Assembly (NCBI RefSeq): GCF_004010195.1
Contig: NC_057719.1
Coordinates: 43,988,847-44,052,846, forward strand
DNA from: Chiloscyllium plagiosum
Lineage: Eukaryota
DNA: 64,000 nt
Direction of reading: 5' to 3'
The translations under genes were made by a program, and so were the position numbers. The notes under the pieces are model-generated. The model did no database searches. It was given only the letters and a program-made list of their open reading frames with translations, and was not told where the DNA came from. This document shows, piece after piece, positions 36,976 to 50,300 of this stretch; positions within the stretch are counted from its first letter, which is position 1, and every line of letters begins with the position of its first letter.

Positions 36976-39775
36976 CACTAATTCATGCGCCCATTTATTA
37001 ATCCTCAATTATCTGTTAAACAACTGGAATTTTAAATGCTTACAGAGATTTAGCAGTTTGTACAATAAAAAAAGTACTAAACAAATGGAGGGCGGGGGGG
37101 CATTCGCTCGTGTTCTCCTGACTCTATTCCACTCATTAAAGTTTGATGGGAGATTCTGCACTATGCATTTCTTCTTTAGCCCAGATTGAAGTATCCCAGA
37201 GGAAATGTGCATTATTGTTAGGTTGGCAAAATCTTAATGGACAACAGCAATGTGACTGTCATTGCTGTCAACTGCACGATTCACAGCAATGCCCCAATAT
37301 GTACATGGGGAGGCAGGAAGATATACCTAAAACCCAGAACAAGGAATTTGTTTATATCAACAGCACGATCTGAATAATTTTTTCATCTTTCATTTTACAC
37401 CCAGCACTCACCTAGATTGGACACTGATTGGTTATAGAAGTGGGTTACTTGGCTCACCAACTTAATTCAGCATCTGCTGCCAGAAATATAATGAGCAATG
37501 AAAGGCAGATGAAAGAGGCCAGCCTGCTTTTTTACCAATGTTTAAAAGGGAGAAAGGGGTGGGGAGGGGTGAGTGTTGACTCCCATTTGGGCTTGGGTAC
37601 AAAAGTGTTTCCTCTTTTGGGGAGGGGCAAAGATGCTCTGTGCATATCAGGGTCAACCGTTCCTTTGTGCCTCCCTATATCCTACAGCCCAATCTCCTGC
37701 ATTCCCATGACTCCCTGTAGCCCCAGCATTGGCCACTACTAATTATAGCACCGCTAGGACTAGATGACTGCTGGCCAATCAGTTCTCAAGGATGAAACTT
37801 CTTTCCTTTAGAGTCTGAGCTTGTTGACGTTGCTCCTAGGGGGTTATTGTTGTGGGAAAACTATTTTTAAAGTCTGTCTTTTCTACTGGGGAGAGATTGG
37901 TCAAATATTACACCACTCCCTCATGTAAATCCATACTGTTATTTTGAGTTTCTGAGAGGCATGCAGGAATTCACAATTAATCCAAACTATACTCTTGCAT
38001 CTTAATACAATCTATTCTCCACCAAAGGGCCACTGAACTCAAAATGTTAACTCTGCTTTCCTTCCATAGATACTGCCAAATCTACTTAGTTTCTTCATCA
38101 ATTTCTGTTTTGTTTCTCACCCAAAGATGTCTGTTCTTTAATCAACAACGTGGAAACACAAGCTTGGCTGGGGTGAATGAGAAAATTTCAGCAAATGTTC
38201 ATTAAATGTGTGTCATTTGTATTCCATAATGTCCAGATTTGAGCAGCACACAGCAATCTTTACTTCAGAGTTAACCAAAAATCCATTATTACTATCGTGA
38301 ATAAAATTCACCATTTTATATGGCAAATTCCAAATGGACTTTGACTAATGAAGTCAAAGCTCACTTGTATCATCAGTTACCATTTATTACATAAAGTAAT
38401 TTGTAAAATGAAACATCTATTGAATATATAAGAATAAACCCTGACTATTTAATTACAAGATGTGGTTCTTGTCCAGACCAGTCAACAGCATCTCTCTCCA
38501 TTTGTACTGAGTTAGCTGATATCAGCAAAAGCAGACAGGGTTGCTATAAATGGGCTTCAGTACCACTGATCAGGGGACAGACAAACCAAGAGGCCTACCA
38601 ACCTCTACCATCTAGGCCTAGACCTGAAGGTCTGGAATTTTCCCTGGATTGGGGAGAATGGCAATTCATTTAGTGGACATAATGGCTGCCTTCATGCCAC
38701 TTCAGGCACTAAGTCCTAGGTGGGAAGGTTCACAGTCAATCATCCTGACCTGTTGTTGATTAAGGCCCTTAACAAGCACTTCAGAGCCTCAGCCCAAAAT
38801 TTCCTGTTAACTTTGTTCCCAGTGGCCATCTTTCTGACTGCTACATGCTTGCCGGATGGGTGAGAGGAATGCATTGATTTGTCTCAATCTGGGGCAGTTG
38901 GAATTATAGATGGTGTGCAGATAGCTGCTGCTGAAAGCCTAACCCTGCTCTTGCCTCCTATCCCTCGCTTCTTGTGACCACAACTTCACGCCAAAATTAC
39001 TTGCCTCCCTGCTGCACCTGGTCTGCAGAGAGCAGTCAAAACCTTCAATGTAGCTTCACCTTTCATAGGGATTGCTAGCCTCTGATTGTCCAGCAACCTC
39101 AGGCAGGGCAGGGCAGGTAGGAACTGACTGGCCAAGTATCTGCCAGGCTACCACTTTAGCGTTTCATTGGTACTTGATCTGGTTGGCTTTGTTAATGGTT
39201 GGAATAGGATTGTGGAGTCTCAATCTTAAAGACATTCACCCCCACCCCCCTCCCCAAACAAAGAGAAAATCTAGCTGAATACACTTAGGTATGAAAGGAT
39301 AGTCAATGCTATGGGACAGTCTGACAGCATATGTCAGGTGGGAATTTCCCCACCTCCTTCAATAATTACTCTTTCATACTGAAATTGTTGATTCCTTGGT
39401 GGATAATGGATCCAATTAGTTCTGGGTAGCAGCAGCTCAGCATCTAATTCAAGGGGACATCACAACTGAACTGAATTATGTCCTCACAACATGTCATATG
39501 CTGACCTCACCCAGTGATTAGGGGTAAGATCCCTGGCCCAGGAGTACTCAGCCTAAATGGTACCCTACTTTCATCTCAGCTAACCACAGTTAATTCAACA
39601 ACTATAAGTCAAACTCTGAAGCTCCTGGTCTGAACACCTCAGTTACTCACAAAACAAACTGACTAGACTATCAGAGAAGCTCAGTTTTTAAAAATACCAA
39701 AAGTATGCATTGCTTTAAAAAATGAACTAAACCTTAGTGTTCACAAGATATTTTAAGTCTGCAGTTCATCCCTAC

Positions 39776-39818
39776 CTTCAGCTTCATATTCTTCACCTTC
39801 TGTGGAAGCTTTCCATTT
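39776..39818 (-). CDS. NIN: Ninein coding exon (43 nt; KWKASTEGEEYEAE-G)
   Basis: TAG acceptor and GT donor. Peptide resembles the ninein ..EEYEAEG motif. Phase 0 in, phase 1 out, matching the next exon. Confidence 0.88.
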
Positions 39819-40029
39819 CTAAAAATAAAAAATACTAAATCAAATAATTTGAAATGTAATTTATACTTATATTAATCACAAACAAAATTTTAAAATATGT
39901 GAACATAACAAGGCTCAGTGATAAAAATTAAAGGATAATATGACAAAGACTATATTTATCAAGGACATGAGAAAACTTTAAACCTCCAATCTTGCCATAT
40001 TTTTGAAAAATAAATTGAATTTATCACGT

Positions 40030-40435
40030 ATTTTTCATATCCTCAGAATATCCCAACGCAGTTTTATAGTCAATGAATTAACTGTTTGAAGTGTAGTTAC
40101 TGTTGTAAGAAAGATGGCAGCTAATTTGTATACTGCGCATTTCTACAAACACTAATGAAAAAATATGTAAGAGATACTGGTTGACAGATAAATATTGATG
40201 TCAAGTGAAGACCCTGAACCTTCTACCAATCTTGCCAATGGATCTTTACAACCAAATAGGAGGGCAGACAAAGCCTTGGTTTAAAGTCTCATTAGAAGAA
40301 TAATAGCTGTGATAGTGCAGCACTTCCTCAGTACAACAGTGAAGTGCCAGCCTTCATTATGTGCTGACTGGAGTGGGGCTTGAATTCCTGACCCTCTGAT
40401 TCAGAGGTGACAGTGTTATGAATGAGCCTTGGCTG
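40030..40435 (-). mobile_element. Deu-domain SINE (SacSINE1/AmnSINE1-like)
   Basis: Minus strand has a tRNA-like head, then gtactgaggaagtgctgcact...gagactttaaaccaaggc, gtaaagatcc and acaacagtaactacacttcaaa. Confidence 0.75.
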
Positions 40436-40621
40436 TTGCTTTAGCTGAAAAGAGAAGCATAACTTACAAGAACTCACTCCATTTTTAGACATTCATGGGT
40501 ATAGCAATTTGTAGGGCATTTCCTGAAGTGCATGGGGTGGCACCCAGCGCACTCTTCCATTAGTGATTTTTGCAGAGATTTAACTGCCAAGTGTGCAAAA
40601 ATAAAATTTTACCATCAAGCA

Positions 40622-40832
40622 CACAGAGAAAATACTGGAGAAACTCATCAGGTCTGTCAGCATCTGTGGAGAGAGAAACAGAGTTAATGTTTCTTCAGTT
40701 CTGAAGAAGTCATATCAGATTCAAAACATGAACTCTGTTTCTTTCTCCACAGATGTTGTCAGACTTGCTGAGTTTCTCCAGCATTTTCTGTATTTGTTTC
40801 AGATTTCCAACATCCACAGTATTTTGCTTTTA
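40622..40832. mobile_element. Older fold-back PLE terminal-repeat element with a decayed hammerhead at its centre
   Basis: Inverted arms at about 40624-40692 and 40723-40790. Central agtt ctgaaga...aaaa catg aact. Same family as 21103-21234. Confidence 0.72.
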
Positions 40833-42295
40833 TTTAAATCTTTTTCATCAGATGATTGTAAATATCCATTTATTAGGAAGCTGTGGATGAGTTTGCAAAA
40901 GAGTTGTTTTTAAGAAGTAGGAAGTGAAAATTGGTGAAAGAGGAAATTGCCCAAGATTCACTCACTATACATAAAAAAATTCAACAATACGGATTGAGAC
41001 TCTAACAAATAGTTGTGTGATGAAGGTAAACAATATTTGATGTATCTAAGTACAGTCAATTCTCTCTGGAGTCCAGATACCAATCTACTGATGTTGACAC
41101 ATAATTATTAGCTACATCATTTCAAGCTTGTTTTGATTTGATTTGATTCCAGATTTGAGAACAGTAATATGCACAATCTTAGCTAGAGCTCTAAATGCTG
41201 TTTCAATCAATCAATTTACCTTATGTCAACTAAATCCAATATATTAGGACTCAATGTATAAAAGTGATGATGGTACTTGTATAGACCCTCTCAAAGTCAT
41301 GGTACTAAAACATTAAACATTTCTTTGATGAAGCGAGTGTTGAAGAACATATAACCTTCCCTTACTCCCTGAAAGTACTTACTAAATGGATTATGAATTG
41401 TCCCTTATAAATCAACTATTTGCACATTAATTGTATTCAAAATTGTAAGATTGGTTTTCATTTCAAGGTATTAAAAGACTTTTAAATGAATCTGGTTCGA
41501 AAATAAATTACCGAATAAATCAGCAACATGTAATTATGTGGGACCTGCATTAATCCCAGCACGGGCATGATTTAAATGCAGAATTTTATGAACTTACTTT
41601 TGGGATCACTGCATTTCAAAATCAAAGTATCAAAGCGTTTCTTATTGATGATGTTCTGAGGGTATGTCTGAAGGCAAAGAAGGGATGCTCACTGATTCTG
41701 ATTGCAGAGTAGTGGCTTCTTGGCTGAGCCACTTCATTATGGCTGCTCCTGGTATTAAAACTACCTGATCAACTGGAATACATTCAGCTTTGATCAAAAC
41801 ATATACAAGTCATTGAATTAAATTGAATACGCCCTATATCTAGGTAGACAGTCTGACAAAATCAGTTTCATGAGCCAAAGGCCAGACAGTAATCCAGATA
41901 GATTGCATCCACCAGTACAATATTGAAGTCCATGAAATGTGGCTATAAATACAGAGGATCTGTAGATGGGCACCTAACTAATTGAAAATGGAGGCAACAT
42001 TCAATCTGCATGGTTTCCATAGAAACAAGATTAAATATAGTGGCTTTAAAATTGCAGCAGCTGGTGGAATATTTCAATTACCCTGTTACTGAGCATTACT
42101 GGTGTCTCCAATGTTAAAGCTGTAAACCTAATTTGAGTGCTGTTCTTCAAGTGCATACACAGTATGCAATGGAAGTGAGTGTGAGATCATGATTTTTTGC
42201 TTCAGGAAAATAAAAAGAACATCATAATCCAATAAAAACAAACTAATTTAGTGAATAACATTTCTTTATTATTCAGTGCACTGGTTAGAAGATAC

Positions 42296-42580
42296 ATAGA
42301 ACATAGAACATTACAGAGTAATACAGACCATTCGACCCTCAATGTAGCGCCAACCTGTGGAACCAATCTGAAGCCCATCTAACCTCCATTATTCCATTCT
42401 TGTCCAGATGCCTATCCAATGACCATTTAAATGCCATTAAAGCTGGCAAGTCTATTACTGTTGCAGGCAGTGCGTTCCATGCCCCTACTACTCTCTGAGT
42501 AAAGAAACTACCTCTGACATTTGACCTGTATCTATCACCCCTCAACTTAAAGCTATGTCCCATTGTGCTAGCCATTGCCC
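42296..42580 (-). mobile_element. CR1/HER1 3' end fragment
   Basis: GHSFKLRGDRY..VRGSFFTQRVVGAWNALP and a (ttctatg)n tail. Confidence 0.85.
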
Positions 42581-42679
42581 TTTCTATACTTCCTATACAC
42601 AGGGTACAAATAAATCCCATTCCATCTCACCCCATCCCTTATTCTCATGCCACTTCATATATTCACTAAATTAGCCGAC

Positions 42680-45600
42680 CTTCCATTATCTAATGTTAAA
42701 TGAACTGTGGTCAGGAAAGGATCCTTTATCCCTTTATGGCCCCCACCTCAATGAGATCATGTACAACACAATGTTGACTTCTTCTATTGTTGCCTATGCC
42801 TTTGTGCCCATTTCTTTGGGCAGCAGCCTTCTCCTCACTCAACAAACTCTTTCACCTATTCTCAATACTCTTCCCCCACACCTGAACTCTTCCTCTGGCC
42901 ACTTACCTGCTCTCAATTTTTTCATTGAGAACTATTAGCTTGATATCAGCTGCCTGGATTCCTCTTCTCCCCACACCCCAATGTCTATGTCTGGACTTGA
43001 TGTAGTTTATTCTTTCAGGTCCAACTCTGACTCTGTTATTAAACATGCTAATGGGAATGGTGCTGGTGTTATCGATTATACCAACCTTCATCTCACAGAG
43101 GCTAAGTGCCAACTCTCAGATGCCTCTTTCTAGCTTTCCCTAGATCATGATTTCACTACTGAAAAACCAAACCATGTTTCCGGGACTATCACTGACCACA
43201 TCTCTGCCACAGTTTCTCCACCACAGCTTCCCACTTCATGGACCCTAAGTTTGCATAGCTTGTTTTGACCTTCTTCCCAAAATTCACAGACAGGATTACC
43301 CTGGCAGACCATAATTTTAGCTATTTCTTCCAATCTTAACATTTTTTTCATCCCTTATTCAGTACCTTCCCAGCTTCATTTGTGTTTATTCTGACACCCT
43401 ACGTCCATTCAACAATTTCCAGTTTCCTAGCACTAACTGCTTTCTCTTCACTACGGATGTCTAATTCCTCAACACCTTTCTACCCCAAGACCGTTGTAAT
43501 GGGGTTCCCTTCTTCTCCCTTGAATGGAGGCAAGTGTAGACCCCACTACCACTACCCTCCTCTGTCTGGCTAAGCTTGTTCTTTCATTTTCTCCACAACA
43601 ATTTCTCCTTGAACATGTTTCAATGTCTCCATGTTAAAGGCTATGGATAACTGCATGGATCCCAGCTATGCCTCTCTTTTTGTTGGGTAAGGGGAACATT
43701 CTTAGTTTCAGTCCTACTTAGGGTCCTCTTAAACAATTCTTTCTCCAACGTATTGATTAATATATCAGTTTCGCTATCAGTTCTTGTCTGGATCTGAAAA
43801 GAATCAACTTTGTTGTTAATTTCCATCCTTTCTCACCTTCACCTGGTCCTTCTTTGACTCTTTCCTTACCTCCCTTGATTTCTCTGTTATCTTTTCTGGG
43901 TATAGGTTTTCCACTGATATTTATTACAAAGGCATCATCTCCCACAGCTACTTATTCCTCACACACTGCTTCCTGTAAGGACTTATTTCCATTCTCCTTA
44001 ATTCTTTATCATTATTGCATCTGTTCCAATGATGCAAGCTTCCACAGCAGTGGTTCTGACATGTCTTTGTTTTTTCTCAACCAAGGATATGTCCTCAGCC
44101 TTTAACTCATTTCCTGCACTTGTGCCCTTATCCTTTCCTCTGCCACCCAAGGCCAAAATAGGATTCCTCTGTCCTCACATTCTGTCCAATCTGCCTCCAC
44201 ATTCAAATGATCATCCTCTGCATTATCCATCAAATGCAGCATGTTATCATCAATAAACACATCTTCCTTTCCTTCTCCTATCAGCATCCTGTAGGGACCA
44301 TTCCCTATAACAGTATGGACCACTCCTCCCACACCCACTACATCTCGTCTCCTACTACAGCACATTCTATGCAATTGCAGAATGTTTATCACAAACGCCT
44401 TCACCGCCTCTCTCCTCAATGACCAAGGCTGCAAACACACCTTCCAGGTGAGTCACTTGTACTTTCAAATCTAGTCTACTGTATTTGCTGCTCACAATAT
44501 GGTCTCCTCTATATTGGGGAGACCAAAATAGACTGGGTTACTGCTTTTGAGAAAACCCCTACACAGTCTGTAAGAGTGTCCCTGAGTTAAAAACCTGGCC
44601 TCTCAGTTGTTTGCCACTTGATTACACTATCTTGCTCTCATGCTGACATTTCTGTCCGAGGCCTGCTGCAGTGCTCCAGAGAAGCACAATGTAAACTGGA
44701 GGAACAGAACCTCATTTTCTGTTCAGGCACTTTATAGCCTTCAGGACTCTACATTGAGTTCAACAACTTTACACCAAGAATCCTTCTCTGCATTTTGATA
44801 TTCCCCCACCTCTTAGCGCCACTCTGCAGTATCTGTATCTTGCTTTTGATAGTTTTGCTTTCAACCAGATCTCATTTTTATTCTATTATTAGAACCTTAT
44901 CTGTACCTATGCCTCACTTTCTCTACAAACATTACACTTCCTTTACCTTTTGTTCTATAGCAGCTTTGATCTGCAATCTATCCAACCTTCCATAACTTGA
45001 TTCATTCATCTCTGCTACTTATCAATGGCATATGATTCATGAGATTTTCCTGTCTCTCCCTACAGTCAAACAGTCAGAGCATGGAAACAGATCCTTCAGT
45101 CCAACTCGTCCATGCCAACCAGACATCCCCATCTGACCTTTTCCCATTTGCCAGCATTTGGCCCATATCTCTCTCAACCATTCCTATTCATATGCCCATC
45201 TAGATGCCTTTTAGATGTCATAATTGTAACTGCTTCCACCAGTTCCTCTGGCAGCTTGTTCCATACACACCAACCTCTGTGTGAAAAAGTTATACTCAAT
45301 GTTCTGACCAATAAAAAAAGCATGCCAATGCCTTCATTGCCCCCACTCTGTCTCCATGCAACTCCACTTTCAAGGAACCTGCATCTGTTTCTTTGTTTGA
45401 CAACATTCCCCGGGGGCCCTACCATTAACTGTATAAGTCCTGCCCTGGTTTCCCTTAGCAAAACACAATATCTCACATTTATCTAAATTAAACTCCATCT
45501 GCCACTCCTCAGCCCATTGGCCCACTTGATCGACGTCCAGTCTAAAAAGCAATCCTCTATCACCACCCTCTGTATCCTACCTTCAAACCAATGTTGTATG

Positions 45601-45975
45601 TAATTGGCTAGCTCCCTGGATCCCATGTGATCTAACCTTACTAACTAGTCTACCATGAAAACCTTGTTGAACACTTTGCTGAAGTCCATAAAGACAATGT
45701 TTCTAGCTCTGTCTTCATCAATTCTCTTTGCCACTGCTTCAAAAAACTCAAATCAAGTTAGTGAGACATGAATTCTCACACACAAAACCATGTTGACTAT
45801 CCCTCATCAGTCCTTTTGAAATACATATAAATCCTGTCTTTCAGAATTCCCTCCAATAACTTACTCACCAGTTCCAAAGAAGTGTCATATTGGACACGGA
45901 ACACAAACTCTGTTTTTTATTCCACAGATGCTGTCAGATCTACCAAACTTATGTCTTTATTTCAGATCTCTAGCA
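42680..45975 (+). mobile_element. Old, near-complete Penelope-like element (RT plus GIY-YIG), interrupted by a CR1 at about 45063-45868
   Basis: Colinear with the 17.5-19.7 kb element (LPKIHR.DYPGRP, GYG.CMDPSYA, DIYYK). GIY-YIG motif LVYCICCSQYGLLYIGETK at about 44470-44527. A pseudo-LTR with a decayed hammerhead resumes at 45870. Confidence 0.82.
45063..45868 (-). mobile_element. CR1/HER1 fragment with internal deletions, nested in the old PLE
   Basis: QWAEEWQMEFNLDKCE, WNKLPEELVEA and QHGFV motifs. Confidence 0.8.
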
Positions 45976-45978
45976 TTT

Positions 45979-47030
45979 ATAAGAACATAAGAAATAGGGA
46001 ATGGGAGAAGAGGTAGGTCATTTAGTTCATCGAGTCTGTTCCACCATTCAATAGGATCACGGTTGATCCAATAATCCTCAATTCAACTTCCTGCCTTTTC
46101 CCCATAACCCTTGATTCCCTTAACGATTAGAAATCTGTCTACCTCAGCTTTGGATGTACCGAACAACCCAGCCGAGACAACTTTCTACAGTAAAGAGCCA
46201 AGTATTCGTTATCCTCAGAGGGGAAAAAAACTTATTTCAGTGTTAAATGGGCAACTCATTACTTTGAGATTATGTCCTCTGGTCCTGGACTCTCCCACAA
46301 TAGGAAACAACCTCTCCATATCTACTCTGTCAAGCCCACTAATAAGGTCACCTCACTCCTACAAATTCCAATGAGTGTAAACCTAACCCACTCAACCTCT
46401 CCTCAAAAGAAGATTCCTCCATATTCAGGATCAACCTAGTGAAACTTCTCTGGAATGTCTCTAATACCAGTATATCTTTCTTTAGATAGGGAGATCCAAA
46501 ACTGTTTGTAATATTCCAGCTGTGGTCTGACTAGCCTCGAGCACATTTGTTCCCAACACGTCAAGTGAAGCCTGTCGAACTGGAACTGCTCCCTTATACT
46601 CAGTACTGGTGCCAGTGCTCCACAAACTGAAATGCCGTTCTTCCATGCCAATTTTTAAGTCATGCATTTAACTCCTTGATTTCATTTATCCTACACTAAT
46701 TTGCCTCTGGCTCAGATAATAATTTTGAGATTATCACCTTGGTGGTTCTCCATTTTAGATTAGCTCCTAACTGTTCAAGATCTTTCAGCAGAATCTCCTT
46801 TCCAGTCCTATCAATGTCGCTAGTACCAATGTAGATGACAACAAATGAATTCCTCCCTTCTCACTTTAAGTTCTTCTACATCCCTGTGGAGATGTCCTTA
46901 ACCAGACAAGCAACATATGTTTGTGATTCACTCACGGCTGCAGACAACAGAATCTATCCTCCCAATTATAATATACCCTACCAGCACTACATTCCTTTTT
47001 CCTTCCTACCCCCACTTTAATTGCTCCCTG
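45979..47030 (-). mobile_element. CR1 LINE (3' end joined to an ORF1 esterase fragment)
   Basis: (tcttatgt)n tail, LVRPQLEYYKQFW and VVIYIGTSDID (SGNH-like). Confidence 0.75.
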
Positions 47031-47208
47031 TCATACCAAACAAGTAAGAATTGGCTGGGATAATATGTCATGCTTTGAATTAATCAAGGATCTAATTTGC
47101 TCAGCAAGATTATGGGACAAGAAACAATATAGTTTATTCTACATAAATGATCGTTAGACACACTTGTAGCGAATGATTTTATAATTAAGTGGATTACTAG
47201 ACTAGGTA

Positions 47209-47390
47209 CATTGGCCATGCTAAATTGTCCATAGTGTCCAGGGATGTGCAGACTAGATGGATTAGCCATGGGAAATGCAGGGTTTTGGGAACAGAGTAGA
47301 AGGTGGATCTGGATGGGTTGCTCTTCGGAGGGTGGGTGTGGACTCAATGGGCTAAATGGCCTGTTTCCACACTGAGGGATTCTATGATTT
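47209..47390 (+). mobile_element. HE1-like SINE 3' half
   Basis: ttggccatgctaaattg...ggcctgtttccacactg...ctatgatt, shared with 7680-8006. Confidence 0.8.
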
Positions 47391-50300
47391 CTACTTCAAA
47401 GTGTGCTAAACTGAACCACACAGCGGGGACTGGAGTCACTGGCAACCTAGGCTAGGCAATGGTAATACATAAAAGTAACAGGACTCTTTCTCTTCAGTGA
47501 GGCAATTGGGACTTCATGTCAAATCAGCAGCCTTCAACCGGCGGGAGACAATTCTGGCACTGATATTAAGCAACTAGATTTATTGAATCAATTCCAGAGC
47601 TTGTCATGTTGGGATTTGGACTTATGACCTTGCATCCAGTATCATAACCATTACACTACCACAACATGGTTTACATTCATTTACATTAATTTACATTAAA
47701 ATGCTTTTTGTGTGTGATCAATTTAATATGCCATTTGTCTCAAAGAATGAACAAGTGATTTCAGCTTTAATGTTAGCTTCACAGCGTTCATCTGTTTATT
47801 ATCTTTTGCAAAGTTGACAACGTTGCATTTATTTAGTGCACAGGTCCTTGATATAGTTCAAATTCCATCTTTCTTTCCAAACATAATTTGTTTCCTTGGA
47901 CAGAACTACCCTGCAGACAATTGCAGAGCGAGAGCACGCAAACAGTACCAAATCAGACAGTGAGAGACTCAGTGTAGCAGCATATTTAGGGAGAAATAGT
48001 GCAAATGAGGCAATCAGGCAGAATTTATACTTTTTTAACTTTGATTTTTATTTCAAAGGTGGAGTGGCTGCAGTAGGGAACACAATTGGAGAAATTATTG
48101 AAGAGCAAACCAGAGTGGTTATTTTGCACCTACTGTTTCCAGGTTTAAGAGGCACTTAGTTGGCATTTTACTTTCCTCCCTATGATTTTTTGCACCAAGT
48201 GCTAAAAGTGGAACAACGCAGTTTCCCAAGAGACAGAGAAAAAAAATCACACCAACTTTCAGCACTTTGTTTGACAGTAAATTAATCGTGGAAGTGTTAT
48301 TTTTCTAAACAAGTCTGCTGGCAAATATTTTCCAAAAAATATAATTAAAAATTCACAAATTGCTGGAATTGGTTTACTAACACCATTTAAAAAGGTCTGT
48401 TCAATTAACAGCACGAGTACACAATAGCTGAACTAGAATCCTGTACTAGCCAAAATTTAAAACTTATCATTGCCATTCAGTATTACAATTACCGTTGGGT
48501 GTTTGGCAAGAAGCATCCAGGCATTTGTACTTTGACCTACTCACAACTAATTAATTATATAAAGGTGGATTTAAAAAAATTCACAAAGCTTGAAACAAAA
48601 TGGTTCTAGCCTTCGAACATCAGCACAGAGCTCTTACTGGCAGGAGAACATTGTATTTTAATGTCATGTTGGGCAGTTTGTGCACGATCAAGAGAACAGC
48701 TTGATTTGATACAAGTCAGTGTTTATTGATGCCTGCGTGGAAGACAGAGCACTGCAAATACATTATTCAGATGGACACATGCACAGCTGAACCACAGAAC
48801 AGATGGCACAGTTTAGTATTCTGGGCCATATCTTTTGGACTGAGAAAAGCACATGCTCCACTTGCTATTGTTTACTTGTCATAGCTCTTTCACCCTTTAT
48901 AGATAAACCCACAAACCCTTTCCACTTCACCATCTGTTTCATAGAACCAGATTCTTAGTCATAAATTAAGGATACCCAAATAACTGTTACAAAAGTCCTG
49001 CCTTTGTCAGCATTTCATTAACATAACATTAAAAACGCAAAGATCAATGTATGCAGTATAATCACAATCATGTTCTGAAATAAGGAAAAAACTAAATATT
49101 TAAAACCCTTAACTATGGATTTAATTTTGAAAATACTTGTATGAATACAGATCTGCATTTTAAAATCTGTAATGGATTTAGAGTTACAGCATTAAAGCTC
49201 TATCTGAATTCCTTTGTAAGGGAAGATTATGTTGGCCACACAGTTTCACTGTTGCTTGTACTGACCACTATTGTTGCAAATTACAGTATCAATCTCAACT
49301 CAACCCATCTGAACATGGTAAATATCTTAGTACTTAGTTAATTAGATTTCATCCCAAAATATGACAAAGACTATTTTCAGATGCACAACACAAGAGCACT
49401 TTTCCACTTAATATAAATGTGAACAACAAACCACAGAATTATACCAAAAATATACGTGTTTAGAGAAATTTGTATTATTTTTAGAGTGAAACAGTTTCTA
49501 TTGCATTGAAAATAACACCATTTTGTAATATGGTTGATAAAGAATGGAAGTTATGTATCTGGTATAGAAATGAATCCCTGCTTTCCCAAACCATCTTGAA
49601 ATTGAATTAATGTGGCTATAAATGAATAATTTAAGATCCAATTTATGACATGTTTGAGGCACCCAAGATCTATGACTTCACAAGATATTTTAAAGAGCAG
49701 GATTTTATTCTTGCTATTAAGGATTGTGTTATTCAGGATGGCGTTAGACATAATTATTCATGGAACATGTTTGAATCACCATCTAAATATGCTGTACGTG
49801 TTAAAAATGGACAGGCACGATCTAGCAGACACCTAATAGAGATGCTGCTCACCTCTATCTCCAGCAAGAGCATGGTGCTGACAGGCATAGAAAAATAGAA
49901 TTGATATTCAATCATGTGATTTTTATGAATTTGGCTGCAACAATGCGGTTTGATTTATTTCATCTTAAATGAAAACTAAATTGTATCAAGGTAGATATGC
50001 TACCCATTCAATCATTTTACAATTACCTTTGGACCCACTAAACCAACACCCAATCTTTTACCTTAAACTGTAAAAAGTTACATTTTTGTCCCCATATTAA
50101 TGTGGTTTGTAACATGAAACACCACATCAGCTGACTTATGCATAACGCTCAGCCAAAGCAACGGAACACCAGAATATTAAAAAATAGAAACAATACTATC
50201 TATTGGTTTGGCCCTGGCAAGCCTGTGCTACAACTTAATACCGAACCCATATATTAGAGGTAAACCTTCCAAAAGCAAATATTTCCCCTTCTATTAATTA

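Noticed and set aside
41598..41748. Candidate extra NIN exon with a CAG acceptor and a strong GTAAGT donor
   Set aside because: Stop codons in all three frames and no ninein similarity. It could only be a poison or non-coding exon, and there is no evidence for that.
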